Shown here: positions 17,322-27,644 of the stretch, piece after piece
Layout of the letters: the number at the start of each line of letters is the position of its first letter
How positions within the stretch are numbered: the first letter of the stretch is position 1
Source of the DNA: an uncultured Planctomycetia bacterium
GTDB lineage: Bacteria > Omnitrophota > Gorgyraeia > Duberdicusellales > 4484-171
Length of the DNA stretch: 64,000 nt
Direction: 5' to 3'
Assembly (NCBI GenBank): GCA_964635565.1
Contig: CAZWON010000005.1
Span: 17,736-81,735 of the forward strand
Made by a program: the position numbers and the translations under genes
The notes under the pieces: generated by a model
Database searches by the model: none
Told to the model about the DNA's origin: nothing
What the model saw: only the letters and a program-made list of their open reading frames with translations

Positions 17322-19964
17322 ATGGTTTATAATTTTATTGATAACAAGGGAACTTTTAAAGTTAAAAATGCACACCTATATCCCTATCTCTATCTTCCCC
17401 TTACTAACAGAAATGGTACCCTCTTAAGCTCAATAAGTCCAAAGTTAGCAGGAGACATAAAAAGAGACAATGGCCATTTTTTAACACCTCCCGCAAGTAT
17501 CGAAGATATAAAACACAATCTCTTATGCCGAAGGGATTTCTTCCTAATGTTTTCTAATTCTAAAAAACTACTCCGTATATCCGAACATAAAAAAAGTTAT
17601 CTTGAAATTGGTATGCTTTATCAGAAACTTATAAGCATGCATCCTCAGGTTAAGATTATTACAACCAACTTCATCCCTCCAAATTTAGATGCAGAGGTTA
17701 TGTGGATAAAGATAAAAAATCTGACAAAAAAGAATATTTCCTTTACCCCAACCTCCTTTCTTCCTCTCTATGGTAGAAGTGAAAAAAATTTACACGATCA
17801 TAGGCATGTGACTTCTCTCCTTAACCGCATATATTTTAAAAAATACGGCGTTATATTAAAACCAACCCTTTCATTTGATGAAACAGGTCACCATCTAAAT
17901 AAAACTTCTTATTTTGTCCTAGGATACTTAAACAACTCAATACCGCCAATAGGTTTCTTCCCCACCTTAGAGAGTTTCTGCAAAGAAACAGGGACGTTAT
18001 TAATGCCAAAGGCAGTAATTAATAATCTTCCTAGTTATAAGAAAAAACAGAAAATATTTGATGGTAAAGAGTGCTGTGCTGCTTTAAGATTCAAACGCAT
18101 TATTCTTAAGCCATTAAAAGAAGTAAATTTTATTCTCATAATGGGAATTACCGATAAAGAAGAAACTATTGCTAGAACTTTCTCTGCACTAAATACAGTA
18201 GAGAAGATAAAAAAAACATTAGAAGAAACAAAAAAATACTGGCAAATGGTTGTTGCTCACCTGGAAATTTCATTTGGTAATCCGGATTACGACAACTGGA
18301 TTAAATGGGTAATATTACAGCCAACTTTACGTAAACTTTTCGGCTGTTCATTCCTGCCTCATTTTGATTATGGTAAAGGGGGGAGGGGATGGCGAGATTT
18401 ATGGCAGGATGCTCTAAATCTATTACGTATAGAGCCAGATAAAACACATAAACTCATTCTTCGTAACTTCTGTGGTGTCCGTATCGATGGGTCAAATGCA
18501 ACTATTATTACCAAAGAGAATAATTTTATCTCTGACCGCAATAAAATCTCCCGTGTGTGGATGGATCATGGGGTATGGCCTTTTCTTATCTTAAAGGAAT
18601 ATATTAACACAACAGGTAATTTAAAAATCCTTCTACAAAAAAGCTTTTACTACCGTGACCATCAGATAAAACGAGCAAAAGAGCTCGACTATAATTTTGT
18701 TCCTAAAGATAACACTTTAAAGACAGGTGATAACAAAACTTATAAAGGAAATATTTTAGAACATCTTCTCGTTGAACTTCTTGTGCCTTTTTTTAATGTG
18801 GGCAAACATAATTTTATTCGTTTAGAAAATGCGGACTGGAATGACGGATTAGATATGGCTAGTGATGATGGTGAGAGTGTAACTTTTAGTTGTATGTATG
18901 CTTATAATTTAGAAGAATTGGCTTTTCTGTTAGAAAAATTTACTAAAACACATACTTATGTAGAAATATTTAAAGAACTTACTATTCTTCTTGATAGATT
19001 AACTAAATGCCCTATAGATTACAATAACCCCCAGAAAAAACAGACTCTTCTTAACAGATATCTTGAGAAAACAAAATACACTATCACAGGGAAAACCTAT
19101 AGAATTTCCCTTAAATCTTTGATTTATGATTTAAAAGAAAAAGCCCATTGGCTTAAAAACCATATCCGTAAATATGCCTGGTTAAAGGAAGGTTTTTATA
19201 ACGGTTATTACGATAATAAAGGCAAAAGAGTTGAAGGCAAAAAAGGGAATATAATAAGAATGCTACTTCCTTCTCAAGTATTTGCCATTATGAGTGGGGT
19301 AGCTACACAACAACAAATAAAGAGTATATGGGAATCCATAAAAAAATATCTTTACGATAGAAACCTAAAAGGCTATCGTTTAAATACTGATTTCCACTAC
19401 TTATATATGGATTTAGGGCGTGCCTTTAGTTTTTCTTATGGAGATAAAGAAAACGGTGCTTTTTTTAACCATATGATAGTAATGCTTGCCTTTTCTCTTT
19501 ATAATCGGGGGTTCGCCAAAGAGGGAAATAAAGTTTTTACTACTCTTTATAAAATGGCTACAGCCAAAAAAGCAAAAATATACCCTATGCTTCCAGAGTA
19601 TTTCAACGCCCAAGGGCAGGGATTATATTTCTATCTCACTGGTTCAGCAAGTTGGTATATATATACCTTAATGAACAAAATCTTAGGGATACAATTTCTC
19701 TTTGGAGATATGATTATCAATCCTCAACTTACTCCAGCAAACTTTTTCACCAACAAAATTTCTTGTATCTTCCAATGGAAAAACAAAAGAATCAATATAA
19801 CTTATACAATAAAACATAAAAAAGCTGAAGTGTATAAAATCCATGAGGCATATTTAGAGGGTAAAAAACTTACTCCTACGAGAAATAAAATAGTCATTCC
19901 TAAGAATATTTTCTCTCTGCTTTCTTCTAAAAAAAACTATCTTATCGATGTTTTTCTTCAATAA
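17322..19964 (+). CDS. GH94-like (cellobiose/chitobiose phosphorylase superfamily) glycoside phosphorylase/hydrolase
   Basis: 880 aa; GRGWRDLWQD matches the GH94 G-x-G-[FW]-RD-x-x-QD sugar-recognition motif; ADWNDGLD matches the W-x-D catalytic Asp context; size fits (α/α)6-barrel phosphorylases. Confidence 0.5.
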   Translation: MVYNFIDNKGTFKVKNAHLYPYLYLPLTNRNGTLLSSISPKLAGDIKRDNGHFLTPPASIEDIKHNLLCRRDFFLMFSNSKKLLRISEHKKSYLEIGMLYQKLISMHPQVKIITTNFIPPNLDAEVMWIKIKNLTKKNISFTPTSFLPLYGRSEKNLHDHRHVTSLLNRIYFKKYGVILKPTLSFDETGHHLNKTSYFVLGYLNNSIPPIGFFPTLESFCKETGTLLMPKAVINNLPSYKKKQKIFDGKECCAALRFKRIILKPLKEVNFILIMGITDKEETIARTFSALNTVEKIKKTLEETKKYWQMVVAHLEISFGNPDYDNWIKWVILQPTLRKLFGCSFLPHFDYGKGGRGWRDLWQDALNLLRIEPDKTHKLILRNFCGVRIDGSNATIITKENNFISDRNKISRVWMDHGVWPFLILKEYINTTGNLKILLQKSFYYRDHQIKRAKELDYNFVPKDNTLKTGDNKTYKGNILEHLLVELLVPFFNVGKHNFIRLENADWNDGLDMASDDGESVTFSCMYAYNLEELAFLLEKFTKTHTYVEIFKELTILLDRLTKCPIDYNNPQKKQTLLNRYLEKTKYTITGKTYRISLKSLIYDLKEKAHWLKNHIRKYAWLKEGFYNGYYDNKGKRVEGKKGNIIRMLLPSQVFAIMSGVATQQQIKSIWESIKKYLYDRNLKGYRLNTDFHYLYMDLGRAFSFSYGDKENGAFFNHMIVMLAFSLYNRGFAKEGNKVFTTLYKMATAKKAKIYPMLPEYFNAQGQGLYFYLTGSASWYIYTLMNKILGIQFLFGDMIINPQLTPANFFTNKISCIFQWKNKRINITYTIKHKKAEVYKIHEAYLEGKKLTPTRNKIVIPKNIFSLLSSKKNYLIDVFLQ

Positions 19965-19966
19965 AT

Positions 19967-20566
19967 CTAACAAATACCTAACTTAGCTAAGGCTTTTATT
20001 CTCTTATTTGTCTCCCTGTGCATATAACTACTTTTACCTTTTATTACTTTAATCGCTTTTGTAAAATACTCATAGGCACGCGTTAAATTACCCATCCTAA
20101 AATAAGTTTCTCCTAAACTGAATATTGTCTCTGGTCTGTTTTTATCTATCTCTAAAACCTTCTTAAAAAGCAATAATGCTTGCGAATATCTTCCTAAAAC
20201 ATAAAGGAGCCATCCTTTATTATGATAAAGAGTAAGACAGTTAGGGTCTTTTCTTAAACCCTCGTTAAAACAGTTTAGCGCTTCTTTATAATGCCCCATA
20301 TCTGCTAACAAAAGAGCCTTATCGTTATAGGTACAACCGTCATTTTCTCTCAAAGAAAGCGCTCTGTTGCATAATTCTATTGCCTTACTTAACTCTTTCT
20401 TAAGAATATATTTCTGGGCAGTAAAATAATATACGAAAAAATAATTGTTATTCTTTTTAGCCTCTTTAAGACATTTTCTTATAATAAATTGGGCTTTTTT
20501 GAAATGAAAAAAGGTAATTTCTCGGTCCAACCTCTTTCTTTCTCTTTCAAAATCTACTTTTGACAA
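19967..20566 (-). CDS. tetratricopeptide-repeat protein
   Basis: 199 aa; several 34-aa TPR units (..YNDKALLLADMGHYKEALNCFNEGLRKDPN.., ..YHNKGWLLYVLGRYSQALLLFKKVLEIDKN..). Confidence 0.8.
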   Translation of the reverse strand: MSKVDFERERKRLDREITFFHFKKAQFIIRKCLKEAKKNNNYFFVYYFTAQKYILKKELSKAIELCNRALSLRENDGCTYNDKALLLADMGHYKEALNCFNEGLRKDPNCLTLYHNKGWLLYVLGRYSQALLLFKKVLEIDKNRPETIFSLGETYFRMGNLTRAYEYFTKAIKVIKGKSSYMHRETNKRIKALAKLGIC

Positions 20567-21408
20567 ACTATCCCTCCATCTTCGTAAGAAACTACTATTA
20601 TCTTGAATCCTACATCTTTAAGTTTCTCTCTAATTTCCTGAGGAAAATCTCGTCCTCTTTTTATTCCGTAAAAAGGTAAATAATGAAATAACCTACCTTT
20701 TCTTTTTAAGACACGTTTAAGTTGATTATAAAATCCCTCAGAATATAAAAGGGGTGCTAATTTAAAAGTAGGAGGATCATGGATAATACAATCGAAAAAA
20801 TCATCTTTAAATCGTGTTACCAATTTATAAATATCACCTATTTTTATAACAATATTGTCTCTCTCAAACAGCTTTTTTGATAAAGGATTGATTTTTGCAA
20901 TAAAATAAATATTTCTATCTATCTCAAATGTATAAACTCTCTTCGCTGTATATGAAGATAGAATAGCTGTATATCCTAATCCCATACATGTATCAAGTAC
21001 CACACCATAAGGTTTTATCAATCTAATCTTTCTTTCTGTATCCTCTTTTGGTGAAACTATTTTTAATCGGTGCATAGAAACTGAACCAACAGTTACGCTA
21101 GGCCAATCTTTTGAGGGTAAAAGTTTATAAAATTTATTGGTGTCATCAGAAAAGAACGCTACTGGGAGGAGACCTTTTCTCTTCCTAAGAAGATAACAAA
21201 AATTATCTTTCAATTTAGTGTTAAAATCTATAAAATAACCTCCTTTTACCATTATTCCCTTCTTTTCTATCTTAACAGGCAGGAATTTCTGGCCAAAATC
21301 GACTCGTAGGAAAGCCTCTTTTTGACTTCTATCTTTAAACAAATATTCGAGGTCTTTTTTTGTAATAATCATATATACTATTATAAAAGTATTAAATTTT
21401 CTTGACAA
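20554..21408 (-). CDS. class I SAM-dependent methyltransferase (RsmC/RsmD-like MTS fold, D-P-P motif)
   Basis: 284 aa; VVLDTCMGLGYTAIL (motif I), FEIDRN, IIHDPPTF (motif IV); the track start is a TTG, so the likely true start is the internal ATG near 21372. Confidence 0.5.
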   Translation of the reverse strand: MSRKFNTFIIVYMIITKKDLEYLFKDRSQKEAFLRVDFGQKFLPVKIEKKGIMVKGGYFIDFNTKLKDNFCYLLRKRKGLLPVAFFSDDTNKFYKLLPSKDWPSVTVGSVSMHRLKIVSPKEDTERKIRLIKPYGVVLDTCMGLGYTAILSSYTAKRVYTFEIDRNIYFIAKINPLSKKLFERDNIVIKIGDIYKLVTRFKDDFFDCIIHDPPTFKLAPLLYSEGFYNQLKRVLKRKGRLFHYLPFYGIKRGRDFPQEIREKLKDVGFKIIVVSYEDGGIVCQK

Positions 21409-21429
21409 ATATTTATATTGGATTATAAA
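21402..21429 (+). promoter_or_regulatory. sigma70-like promoter TTGACA-16-TATAAA for the HU gene
   Basis: TTGACA 21402-21407, 16-nt spacer, TATAAA 21424-21429; AAAGGAGGTG Shine-Dalgarno at 21472-21481 before the ATG at 21487. Confidence 0.45.
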
Positions 21430-21486
21430 ATAATTCCATATGGTCTTAAGAAATTGCGGTTTTAACTAACAAAAGGAGGTGTTTCA

Positions 21487-21756
21487 ATGAATAAAGCTCA
21501 ATTAATTGAAGCAGTAGCACAAAAAACTTGCACTAAGAAAGAGGCTCAAGTAGCGGTTGAAACAATGCTTGAGGCAATAAGAGGTTCTCTTAAGAAAAAA
21601 GAGGCTGTCACAATTTCTGGCTTTGGAACATTCCGTGTTAAAGAGACAAAAGCAAGAACAGGAAGAAATCCTAAAACAGGGGAAACAATTCAGATTCCCG
21701 CAAAGAAAAAAATTGCTTTTAGAGCTTCCAAAGAATTAAAGTCTCTTGTAAAATAA
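21487..21756 (+). CDS. hup: DNA-binding protein HU
   Basis: 89 aa; MNKAQLIEAVA....KK......V..M...I......G..V.ISGFGTF.V..R.AR.GRNP.TGE.I.I.A......F pattern is the HU/IHF family. Confidence 0.92.
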   Translation: MNKAQLIEAVAQKTCTKKEAQVAVETMLEAIRGSLKKKEAVTISGFGTFRVKETKARTGRNPKTGETIQIPAKKKIAFRASKELKSLVK

Positions 21757-21813
21757 GTATTACAAGTTATATTCTTAACGACCCTTTAAGAATAAAGTCG
21801 GAAGAGAGGATTT

Positions 21814-22758
21814 TTACGCTTTTTTAAAACAGGCAATAAAAAATCCTTCCATAGATGAATTTGGAATAATACGGCGGGTTAATTTTAAGCTATGAGAAAA
21901 TTTTTTATTGCCCCATTTTATTAATCCTTCTTTAATATTTTTCAAAGGAATTTCTATGGGTAAAAGGTAAAGAGCATCTTTAAATTTATTAAGTGCCCAA
22001 TCAACGACTTCTTCATTCTCTTCCGGAGAAAAAGTACACGTGGAGTAAACTAAAATCCCTCCGGGTTTAAGAGTATGGTAGGCAGAAGAAAAAAGCCTTT
22101 TTTGTTTATGGGCCATCTCTTTTATCTTTCTGTATTTCCAGTACTTGAAACTACGCGGGTTTTTAATATAAAACCGCCCTTCACTAGAACAAGGGACATC
22201 CAGTAAAATCTTATCAAAATATTCAACAAATTTCTTCCTTATCAATACTCCATCTAAGAGAAGAGTCCGTACAAAATTTGCTCCTTGTATTTTAAGGTTA
22301 GTTAAAAGCTTATAGTAACGTGTGCGTATTTTCTCTACAGCAATGACTTCTGTATTTCTATCTACCAAGGAAGCAATCTGGGTAGTCTTTGCTCCCGGGG
22401 CAGCACACAAATCTAAAATTTTATCCTCTCGCGATACAGAAAGAACTAAAGGAGGTATCATGCTGGAAATATTCTGAACATAAACCGTCCCTCCTTTATA
22501 TATAGAAGTATTTTGAAAACGGCGCATACTGCTTTTAAGAATGAAGGCTCCAGGAGGCCAATTAAGCTCAAAGGCCTTTATATTTTCTACTTTTAAAAGT
22601 TGGCGTAAAGATTTTAAATCGGTTTTTAAGTAATTTATCCGGAAACACTGCTTTTTTTTATGGAGGAAACTCTGGCATATTTCTGTATACAAAAAGGGAT
22701 AAATCTGTTTAAGGCGATTAAGAAATTCGTGGGGTAACTTATATATTTCTTTATCCAT
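21814..22758 (-). CDS. RsmB/RsmF (NOL1/NOP2/Sun) family rRNA m5C methyltransferase
   Basis: 314 aa; ILDLCAAPGAKTTQIA (SAM motif), ILLDVPCSSEGRF (motif IV Cys), TCTFSPEENE (motif VI Cys). Confidence 0.85.
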   Translation of the reverse strand: MDKEIYKLPHEFLNRLKQIYPFLYTEICQSFLHKKKQCFRINYLKTDLKSLRQLLKVENIKAFELNWPPGAFILKSSMRRFQNTSIYKGGTVYVQNISSMIPPLVLSVSREDKILDLCAAPGAKTTQIASLVDRNTEVIAVEKIRTRYYKLLTNLKIQGANFVRTLLLDGVLIRKKFVEYFDKILLDVPCSSEGRFYIKNPRSFKYWKYRKIKEMAHKQKRLFSSAYHTLKPGGILVYSTCTFSPEENEEVVDWALNKFKDALYLLPIEIPLKNIKEGLIKWGNKKFSHSLKLTRRIIPNSSMEGFFIACFKKA

Positions 22759-23305
22759 TGTCCATCTCTATCAAAGAGGAAGATTTAAAGAAATTCCTTC
22801 CTCCCAGATGAAAAATAAACTCTACTTTTTTTGTATCCCATACATTATTATAAAAATATTTTTCCTCGGCTTCCGCATAAACTATCTTTCCGATAAAAAT
22901 AAAATGGTCGCCTGATTCTTTAATATCCACAAGCGCACATTCCAAAGAAGCTACACATTCACTAATAGAAACTGCTTTTTTAAGACCACAAGAAAGACTA
23001 GGGGTAAAGTCTGTTTCTTTAAACTTATCTACTTCTTTTCCTTTAAGCCGACCACAGAGTATCACTTTATCAATCTGCTCCCATACAGGAATATTAACTA
23101 CAAACTCTTTACTATGCTTAATAAGAAAAGAAGAAAAATGCCCTTTTGCTAAAGCTACAGCAATTAAAGGGGGTTCTTTGGACACAGGCATATGCCAGGC
23201 GCAGGTTGTTATATTGTTTCTGTCCTTATAAGTGGAACTTATCAAGACTACCATCCCACAATTAACCAGACGGCTGGCAACAGAATTATCTACCTGTTTT
23301 CTCAT
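22751..23305 (-). CDS. flavin reductase-like FMN-binding domain protein
   Basis: 184 aa; CGMVVLISSTYKDRNNITTCAWHMPVS..PPLIAVAL pattern is typical of the Flavin_Reduct split-barrel fold. Confidence 0.6.
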   Translation of the reverse strand: MRKQVDNSVASRLVNCGMVVLISSTYKDRNNITTCAWHMPVSKEPPLIAVALAKGHFSSFLIKHSKEFVVNIPVWEQIDKVILCGRLKGKEVDKFKETDFTPSLSCGLKKAVSISECVASLECALVDIKESGDHFIFIGKIVYAEAEEKYFYNNVWDTKKVEFIFHLGGRNFFKSSSLIEMDNG

Positions 23306-23454
23306 AATTTCCTCCTCGTATAATTTTTTATTCCATAAAATAAATTATATCAATTAAAAAGTTAACAACTCTTTATATCGGCTTAATTGTTAAAACTCGC
23401 TTTCAAAAAATTATCATTTGCCTATCTTTTCCAACAACAGACTATCATCAAATA

Positions 23455-24342
23455 TCATCTAACTATTAAACCCGTCTTACGCGCATAATCTAAAACCTCC
23501 TCATACTCCTCGCTTGTTATCCTCCTGCCAAGCTCTTGGATTTCTCTTGCACGATAACAGGGACGGTATTGATCCATTATATTAACAAAAGTTAAAGGTG
23601 AAAGTTCTTTTATAAAATCAAGCACACAAAAAGAACCAGCAAGGCGATTAGGTAAAACAAGGTGACGGACAAGCAACCCCCTTTGGGCAACGCCATCCTC
23701 TACTTTAAGGTCTCCTACTTGCTGATGCATTTGAACCACTGCTTCCTTTACTATCTCCCAGTAATTACCAGCTTCTGATAACTCTTTGCCTACTTTGTTA
23801 GAAGAATATTTTATATCGGGCATATAGATATCGAAAATTCCATCTAAAAGCTTTAAAATATCTCCCCTATCATATCCTCCGGTGTTATAAACCAAAGGTA
23901 AACGTAAACCTTTTTCTATGGCAATACATAAAGCCTCAACAATCTGAGCAATCACATGCGTAGGGGTTACAAAATTTATATTCTCTGCCCCTTCATGCTG
24001 AAGGTATAACATCAGAGAGGAAAGCTCTTCTGCGGAAACTACTCTACCCTCTCCTAAATGAGAAATAGTATAATTCTGACAGTATATGCATTTTAAGTTG
24101 CAATAGGAAAAAAATATTGTTCCTGAGCCACCCCTTCCTACAAGTTCTCTCTCCTCTCCAAAATGCAAGAAGGCACTACTTACAACTGCAAAACGGCCGG
24201 TCTCACAAAATCCTTTCTCCTCTTTGAGGCGATTTACCCGACAACAACGAGGGCATAAATCACATTCTTTAAGACGCTCCAATAAATAATCTTTCACTCT
24301 CTCTAATTTTTCTTGAGGGAGAATAAGATAAGCGGCTTTCAT
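23455..24342 (-). CDS. radical SAM enzyme, PflA-like (AmmeMemoRadiSam-type?)
   Basis: 295 aa; N-terminal CDLCPRCC...GFC cysteine cluster then the canonical CNLKCIYCQN (CxxxCxxC); resembles pyruvate-formate-lyase-activase-like rSAMs. Confidence 0.65.
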   Translation of the reverse strand: MKAAYLILPQEKLERVKDYLLERLKECDLCPRCCRVNRLKEEKGFCETGRFAVVSSAFLHFGEERELVGRGGSGTIFFSYCNLKCIYCQNYTISHLGEGRVVSAEELSSLMLYLQHEGAENINFVTPTHVIAQIVEALCIAIEKGLRLPLVYNTGGYDRGDILKLLDGIFDIYMPDIKYSSNKVGKELSEAGNYWEIVKEAVVQMHQQVGDLKVEDGVAQRGLLVRHLVLPNRLAGSFCVLDFIKELSPLTFVNIMDQYRPCYRAREIQELGRRITSEEYEEVLDYARKTGLIVR

Positions 24343-25013
24343 GATAATTTTTTCTTTATTTTAAAGGCAACTATTAAAGTAATAATTAAATATATCAAAC
24401 TAAGATAATACAGCTGGGGATGCTCTATAAAATACCGAGCTATTTTCTGAAAAGAAAAACCTCTTATACTCGCTAAAATTGCTTGAATCCAAAAAATTCT
24501 GGGCAAAGAAGCAAAAATCACTACTAAAAGATATTTTGCTAAGGATACCTTACTTAACCCAAAACTTAAATCTAATATACGATAAGGGATAAGAGGGATA
24601 AAACGAAGAAGATATATCCACCCTAAATTAATATTCTCTAATTTCTCATAAAATCTTTTAAATTTCCCTTTTAGCCTCTGTTCTACAAATTCCCTCCCTA
24701 ATATATTACTAAGATTAAAGAAGATGACAGCATTTATTATTTCTGCAATATAGATAAGAAATGTACTTAAATAAGCACCAAAAATAATAGCACTTATTAT
24801 CTTTAGAGGATCCTTTAAGTACCAAATAAAAAATGTCCCTACTACATAAAAGAAAACAAATATTATAGAAGCATATAGACGAGAGGTCTTTGTCAGCACG
24901 GAGATTATTTTTCCTTCATCAATATAAAAAACCTTACCCAAAACAAACAATACTATTAGAAGCAAAATAAAAAAGATAAACCTTATAGCTGTGCTATTTT
25001 GTCTCAGTTTCAT
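24339..25013 (-). CDS. TVP38/TMEM64 (DedA/SNARE-associated) family membrane protein
   Basis: 224 aa; multi-TM; RFIPLIPYRILDLSFGLSKVSLAKYLL resembles the DedA-family re-entrant motif. Confidence 0.6.
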   Translation of the reverse strand: MKLRQNSTAIRFIFFILLLIVLFVLGKVFYIDEGKIISVLTKTSRLYASIIFVFFYVVGTFFIWYLKDPLKIISAIIFGAYLSTFLIYIAEIINAVIFFNLSNILGREFVEQRLKGKFKRFYEKLENINLGWIYLLRFIPLIPYRILDLSFGLSKVSLAKYLLVVIFASLPRIFWIQAILASIRGFSFQKIARYFIEHPQLYYLSLIYLIITLIVAFKIKKKLS

Positions 25014-26046
25014 TAATATTTACCCATCTCAGTTGTCCGCATGCAGCCTCTATATCCTGGCCTCGGGATTTCCTAAAAGTAAAAAATATCCTCTTTTTTT
25101 TAAGAGCTTCCCTAAATTTATTTATATCATAAATAGAAGGGGAGTGCCATTTAAAATAAGGAGAGAAGTTATAGGGAATGATATTCACCTTACAATTTAT
25201 CCCTCTAATAAGATGGGCCAACTTAAAAGCATCTTCTTTAGAACAGTTAAAATCTTTAATGAGAATGTACTCAAAAGTTACAGGGAAATTGGTTCTTTTC
25301 GCATATTCCTTTGATACCTTTATAACTTCACTCAGAGGATACTTTTTATTAACAGGCATAATTAAAGATCTCTTTTCTTCACAAGAAGCATGCAAAGATA
25401 TTGAAAGTCTTACTCTTAAATTCAAAGAAATCAACTCTCTTATGCGCGGGGGAATACCACAGGTAGAGATACAAATTCTTTTTTTCCCAAAATACACACC
25501 GTAGGGAGAAAGTAAAATTTCTATACTCTTTACTAAATTATCAAAATTGTCTAAAGGCTCTCCTATCCCCATAAACACAATGTTGGTAATTATGCGTGGC
25601 TTAATAATATCGTTTATAGTTAAAAACTGATTGACTATCTCAGAAACTTTCAAATTTCTCTTAAAACCTCCTATACCACTCACGCAGAAACGACAACCAA
25701 ATCTACATCCTGCTTGAGTAGAAATGCACAAAGTAAGACGTTTGCCTTCAGGGATAACAACGCTTTCTATAGCATTTTTATCATCGAGAGAAAATAAAAA
25801 TTTCTCTGTTCCATCTTTTGAAATAAATCTTTTTAATATCTTTGGCTTAGAGAAATAAAAGAAATCCTTTAAAAAGATTCTTGCTTCTTTAGATATATCA
25901 GTCATAAGAGTGAAATCTTCAACTCTCTTTTTATATACCCAGCAAAAAATTTGCTTAGAATAAAACTCAGGATAACCTTTTTCTTTTAAAAATTGCCCTA
26001 TCTCCTCCAGCGTATAATCTTTTATATCCATCTGTAACCTCTTCAA
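24994..26046 (-). CDS. rlmN: 23S rRNA A2503 / tRNA A37 C2-methyltransferase RlmN (radical SAM)
   Basis: 350 aa; CISTQAGCRFGCRFC radical-SAM cluster, MGIGEPLDN, C-terminal GQDIEAACGQL with the second catalytic Cys. Confidence 0.9.
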   Translation of the reverse strand: MKRLQMDIKDYTLEEIGQFLKEKGYPEFYSKQIFCWVYKKRVEDFTLMTDISKEARIFLKDFFYFSKPKILKRFISKDGTEKFLFSLDDKNAIESVVIPEGKRLTLCISTQAGCRFGCRFCVSGIGGFKRNLKVSEIVNQFLTINDIIKPRIITNIVFMGIGEPLDNFDNLVKSIEILLSPYGVYFGKKRICISTCGIPPRIRELISLNLRVRLSISLHASCEEKRSLIMPVNKKYPLSEVIKVSKEYAKRTNFPVTFEYILIKDFNCSKEDAFKLAHLIRGINCKVNIIPYNFSPYFKWHSPSIYDINKFREALKKKRIFFTFRKSRGQDIEAACGQLRWVNINETETK

Positions 26047-26413
26047 TCCAGAAGTCTACTGTTATATAAACGATATATTTTAAATTCTAGCTTTCAACTG
26101 TTCTGTTAATACCTTCTTATCTTGAGACAAAGCTAATCTCCTTTTACTCTACTCAAATTTTTATCATTTAAATGAACGAGTAAATAAAAATCTTCAGCAT
26201 TAATAGGGAAACATAAATGTCAATATTAAATTTTTTAGAAACTTCTTTTAGATTATGTAAAAAAGATAATCAGCTTCTTCCAATTAAAAAATCTTGCTGT
26301 TTTTTTCTTTTTTATTAACTCCAAAATATCCATAATGAAAATAAATTATACTCTTTTCCCTTTTCTATGCAATATTTTAGTCCTTGATTAAAATTTTGTA
26401 GTCGGCGGGGTAA

Positions 26414-27604
26414 TTAAATGAGGTAATTAAGAGAAAGAAATATTAGCCAGTAGGACGATGTTATTTTATCATCGACATCTGTAGACAAACCCATATAAGG
26501 GCCGGCGTAAAAATACTGATGTTGAGTACCTTCTGTATCTATCTTCGCATATTCAAAACCAAAACGGCAATGCCAGTGAGAAATAATATTCCATATTCCA
26601 TTAACGTTAAAGAAATAGGCATCTCCCTTGCCTTCTGCTTCTGATAGTTTATATCTTAAAATATGATCGTCTCTATCGTTGCTTCTTACCCAAGGAGAAT
26701 ACCCAAACTGGAAATTTAAAAGAAAATTATCTTTTAAATAAATATCACTGTTAATACCAAAGTAAAAGAATCTATACCGTACAGAATATAACAATGTTGG
26801 TCCAGGGACATAAATCGTGTAAGTAGGATGATAAGGACCATAACCTTTTTGATCGGTATCATAAATATCATATCTATACTTATAATATTTGTAACCCGCT
26901 ATCCATCCAATAGTGACGTGCTTATAAAAAAGAACATTATAAATATAGTTTAAATCAAGAATACTCAGATCTATACCTGAACTGGACTCAGAATAAATAT
27001 CTTTTCCTGGATGACCATCTCCATCTATCCAGTCTGAATCTTTGAGTTTTCCTGAATGGGCAATATCTTTAAACCAGCTTATGGTAAAACGCGCTCTATA
27101 TCTATCTCTTTCAGAACTAATAACTTGTGAATTATTTCTATAATATAAAAAACAATTTACTCCTAAAAGGTGGGTATCTAAAGGAAATTCTAATTCGCTG
27201 GCTCCTCCGGAAAAAGTTATAAGATAAGTAGAGTGCCCTTTAATATATCCTCTTTGGAAACCAAATGCTATATGCGCCTGTTGACCGAACAATTCCAAGA
27301 AAATATTTTCATCTTTTTTTTGTAAGCCTGAAGGCAGAAGACGATAATTATTTTTGTCAGAAAAAAATCTCTTTTCATAAAGACGTTCTTCTTTTTTATT
27401 GTGCTGTTGAATTTTTAAAAGCGCCTCTCTTTTAAGTTTAATAATCTTTTCTATCCTGTCTAATTCTTTAGAAACATTGTGTCTTTTTGCGCTAGAACCA
27501 CTATAAGAAAATGATTTGGGAGGAAAGAAAAATATTAATGAGACTAAAATTAACAAAAGAACTTTCACATTTTTCAGTATATATTTGTAAGAATTAGTTG
27601 TCAA
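26414..27604 (-). CDS. predicted outer-membrane β-barrel protein (Tyr-rich)
   Basis: 396 aa; N-terminal hydrophobic signal-like region, alternating aromatic/hydrophilic β-strand pattern, extreme Tyr content; same operon as the DUF1302-like barrel. Confidence 0.4.
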   Translation of the reverse strand: MTTNSYKYILKNVKVLLLILVSLIFFFPPKSFSYSGSSAKRHNVSKELDRIEKIIKLKREALLKIQQHNKKEERLYEKRFFSDKNNYRLLPSGLQKKDENIFLELFGQQAHIAFGFQRGYIKGHSTYLITFSGGASELEFPLDTHLLGVNCFLYYRNNSQVISSERDRYRARFTISWFKDIAHSGKLKDSDWIDGDGHPGKDIYSESSSGIDLSILDLNYIYNVLFYKHVTIGWIAGYKYYKYRYDIYDTDQKGYGPYHPTYTIYVPGPTLLYSVRYRFFYFGINSDIYLKDNFLLNFQFGYSPWVRSNDRDDHILRYKLSEAEGKGDAYFFNVNGIWNIISHWHCRFGFEYAKIDTEGTQHQYFYAGPYMGLSTDVDDKITSSYWLIFLSLNYLI

Positions 27605-27644
27605 GGAAAACCATTACTACCTCCGTTTTTCTTTTATAAAGAAT

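Noticed and set aside
19413-19671. Two ~60-aa ORFs (both strands) inside the GH94-like gene
   Set aside because: Embedded in a long confident ORF.
24991-25504. 107-aa and 108-aa plus-strand ORFs inside rlmN
   Set aside because: Antisense to rlmN, which has unmistakable radical-SAM motifs.
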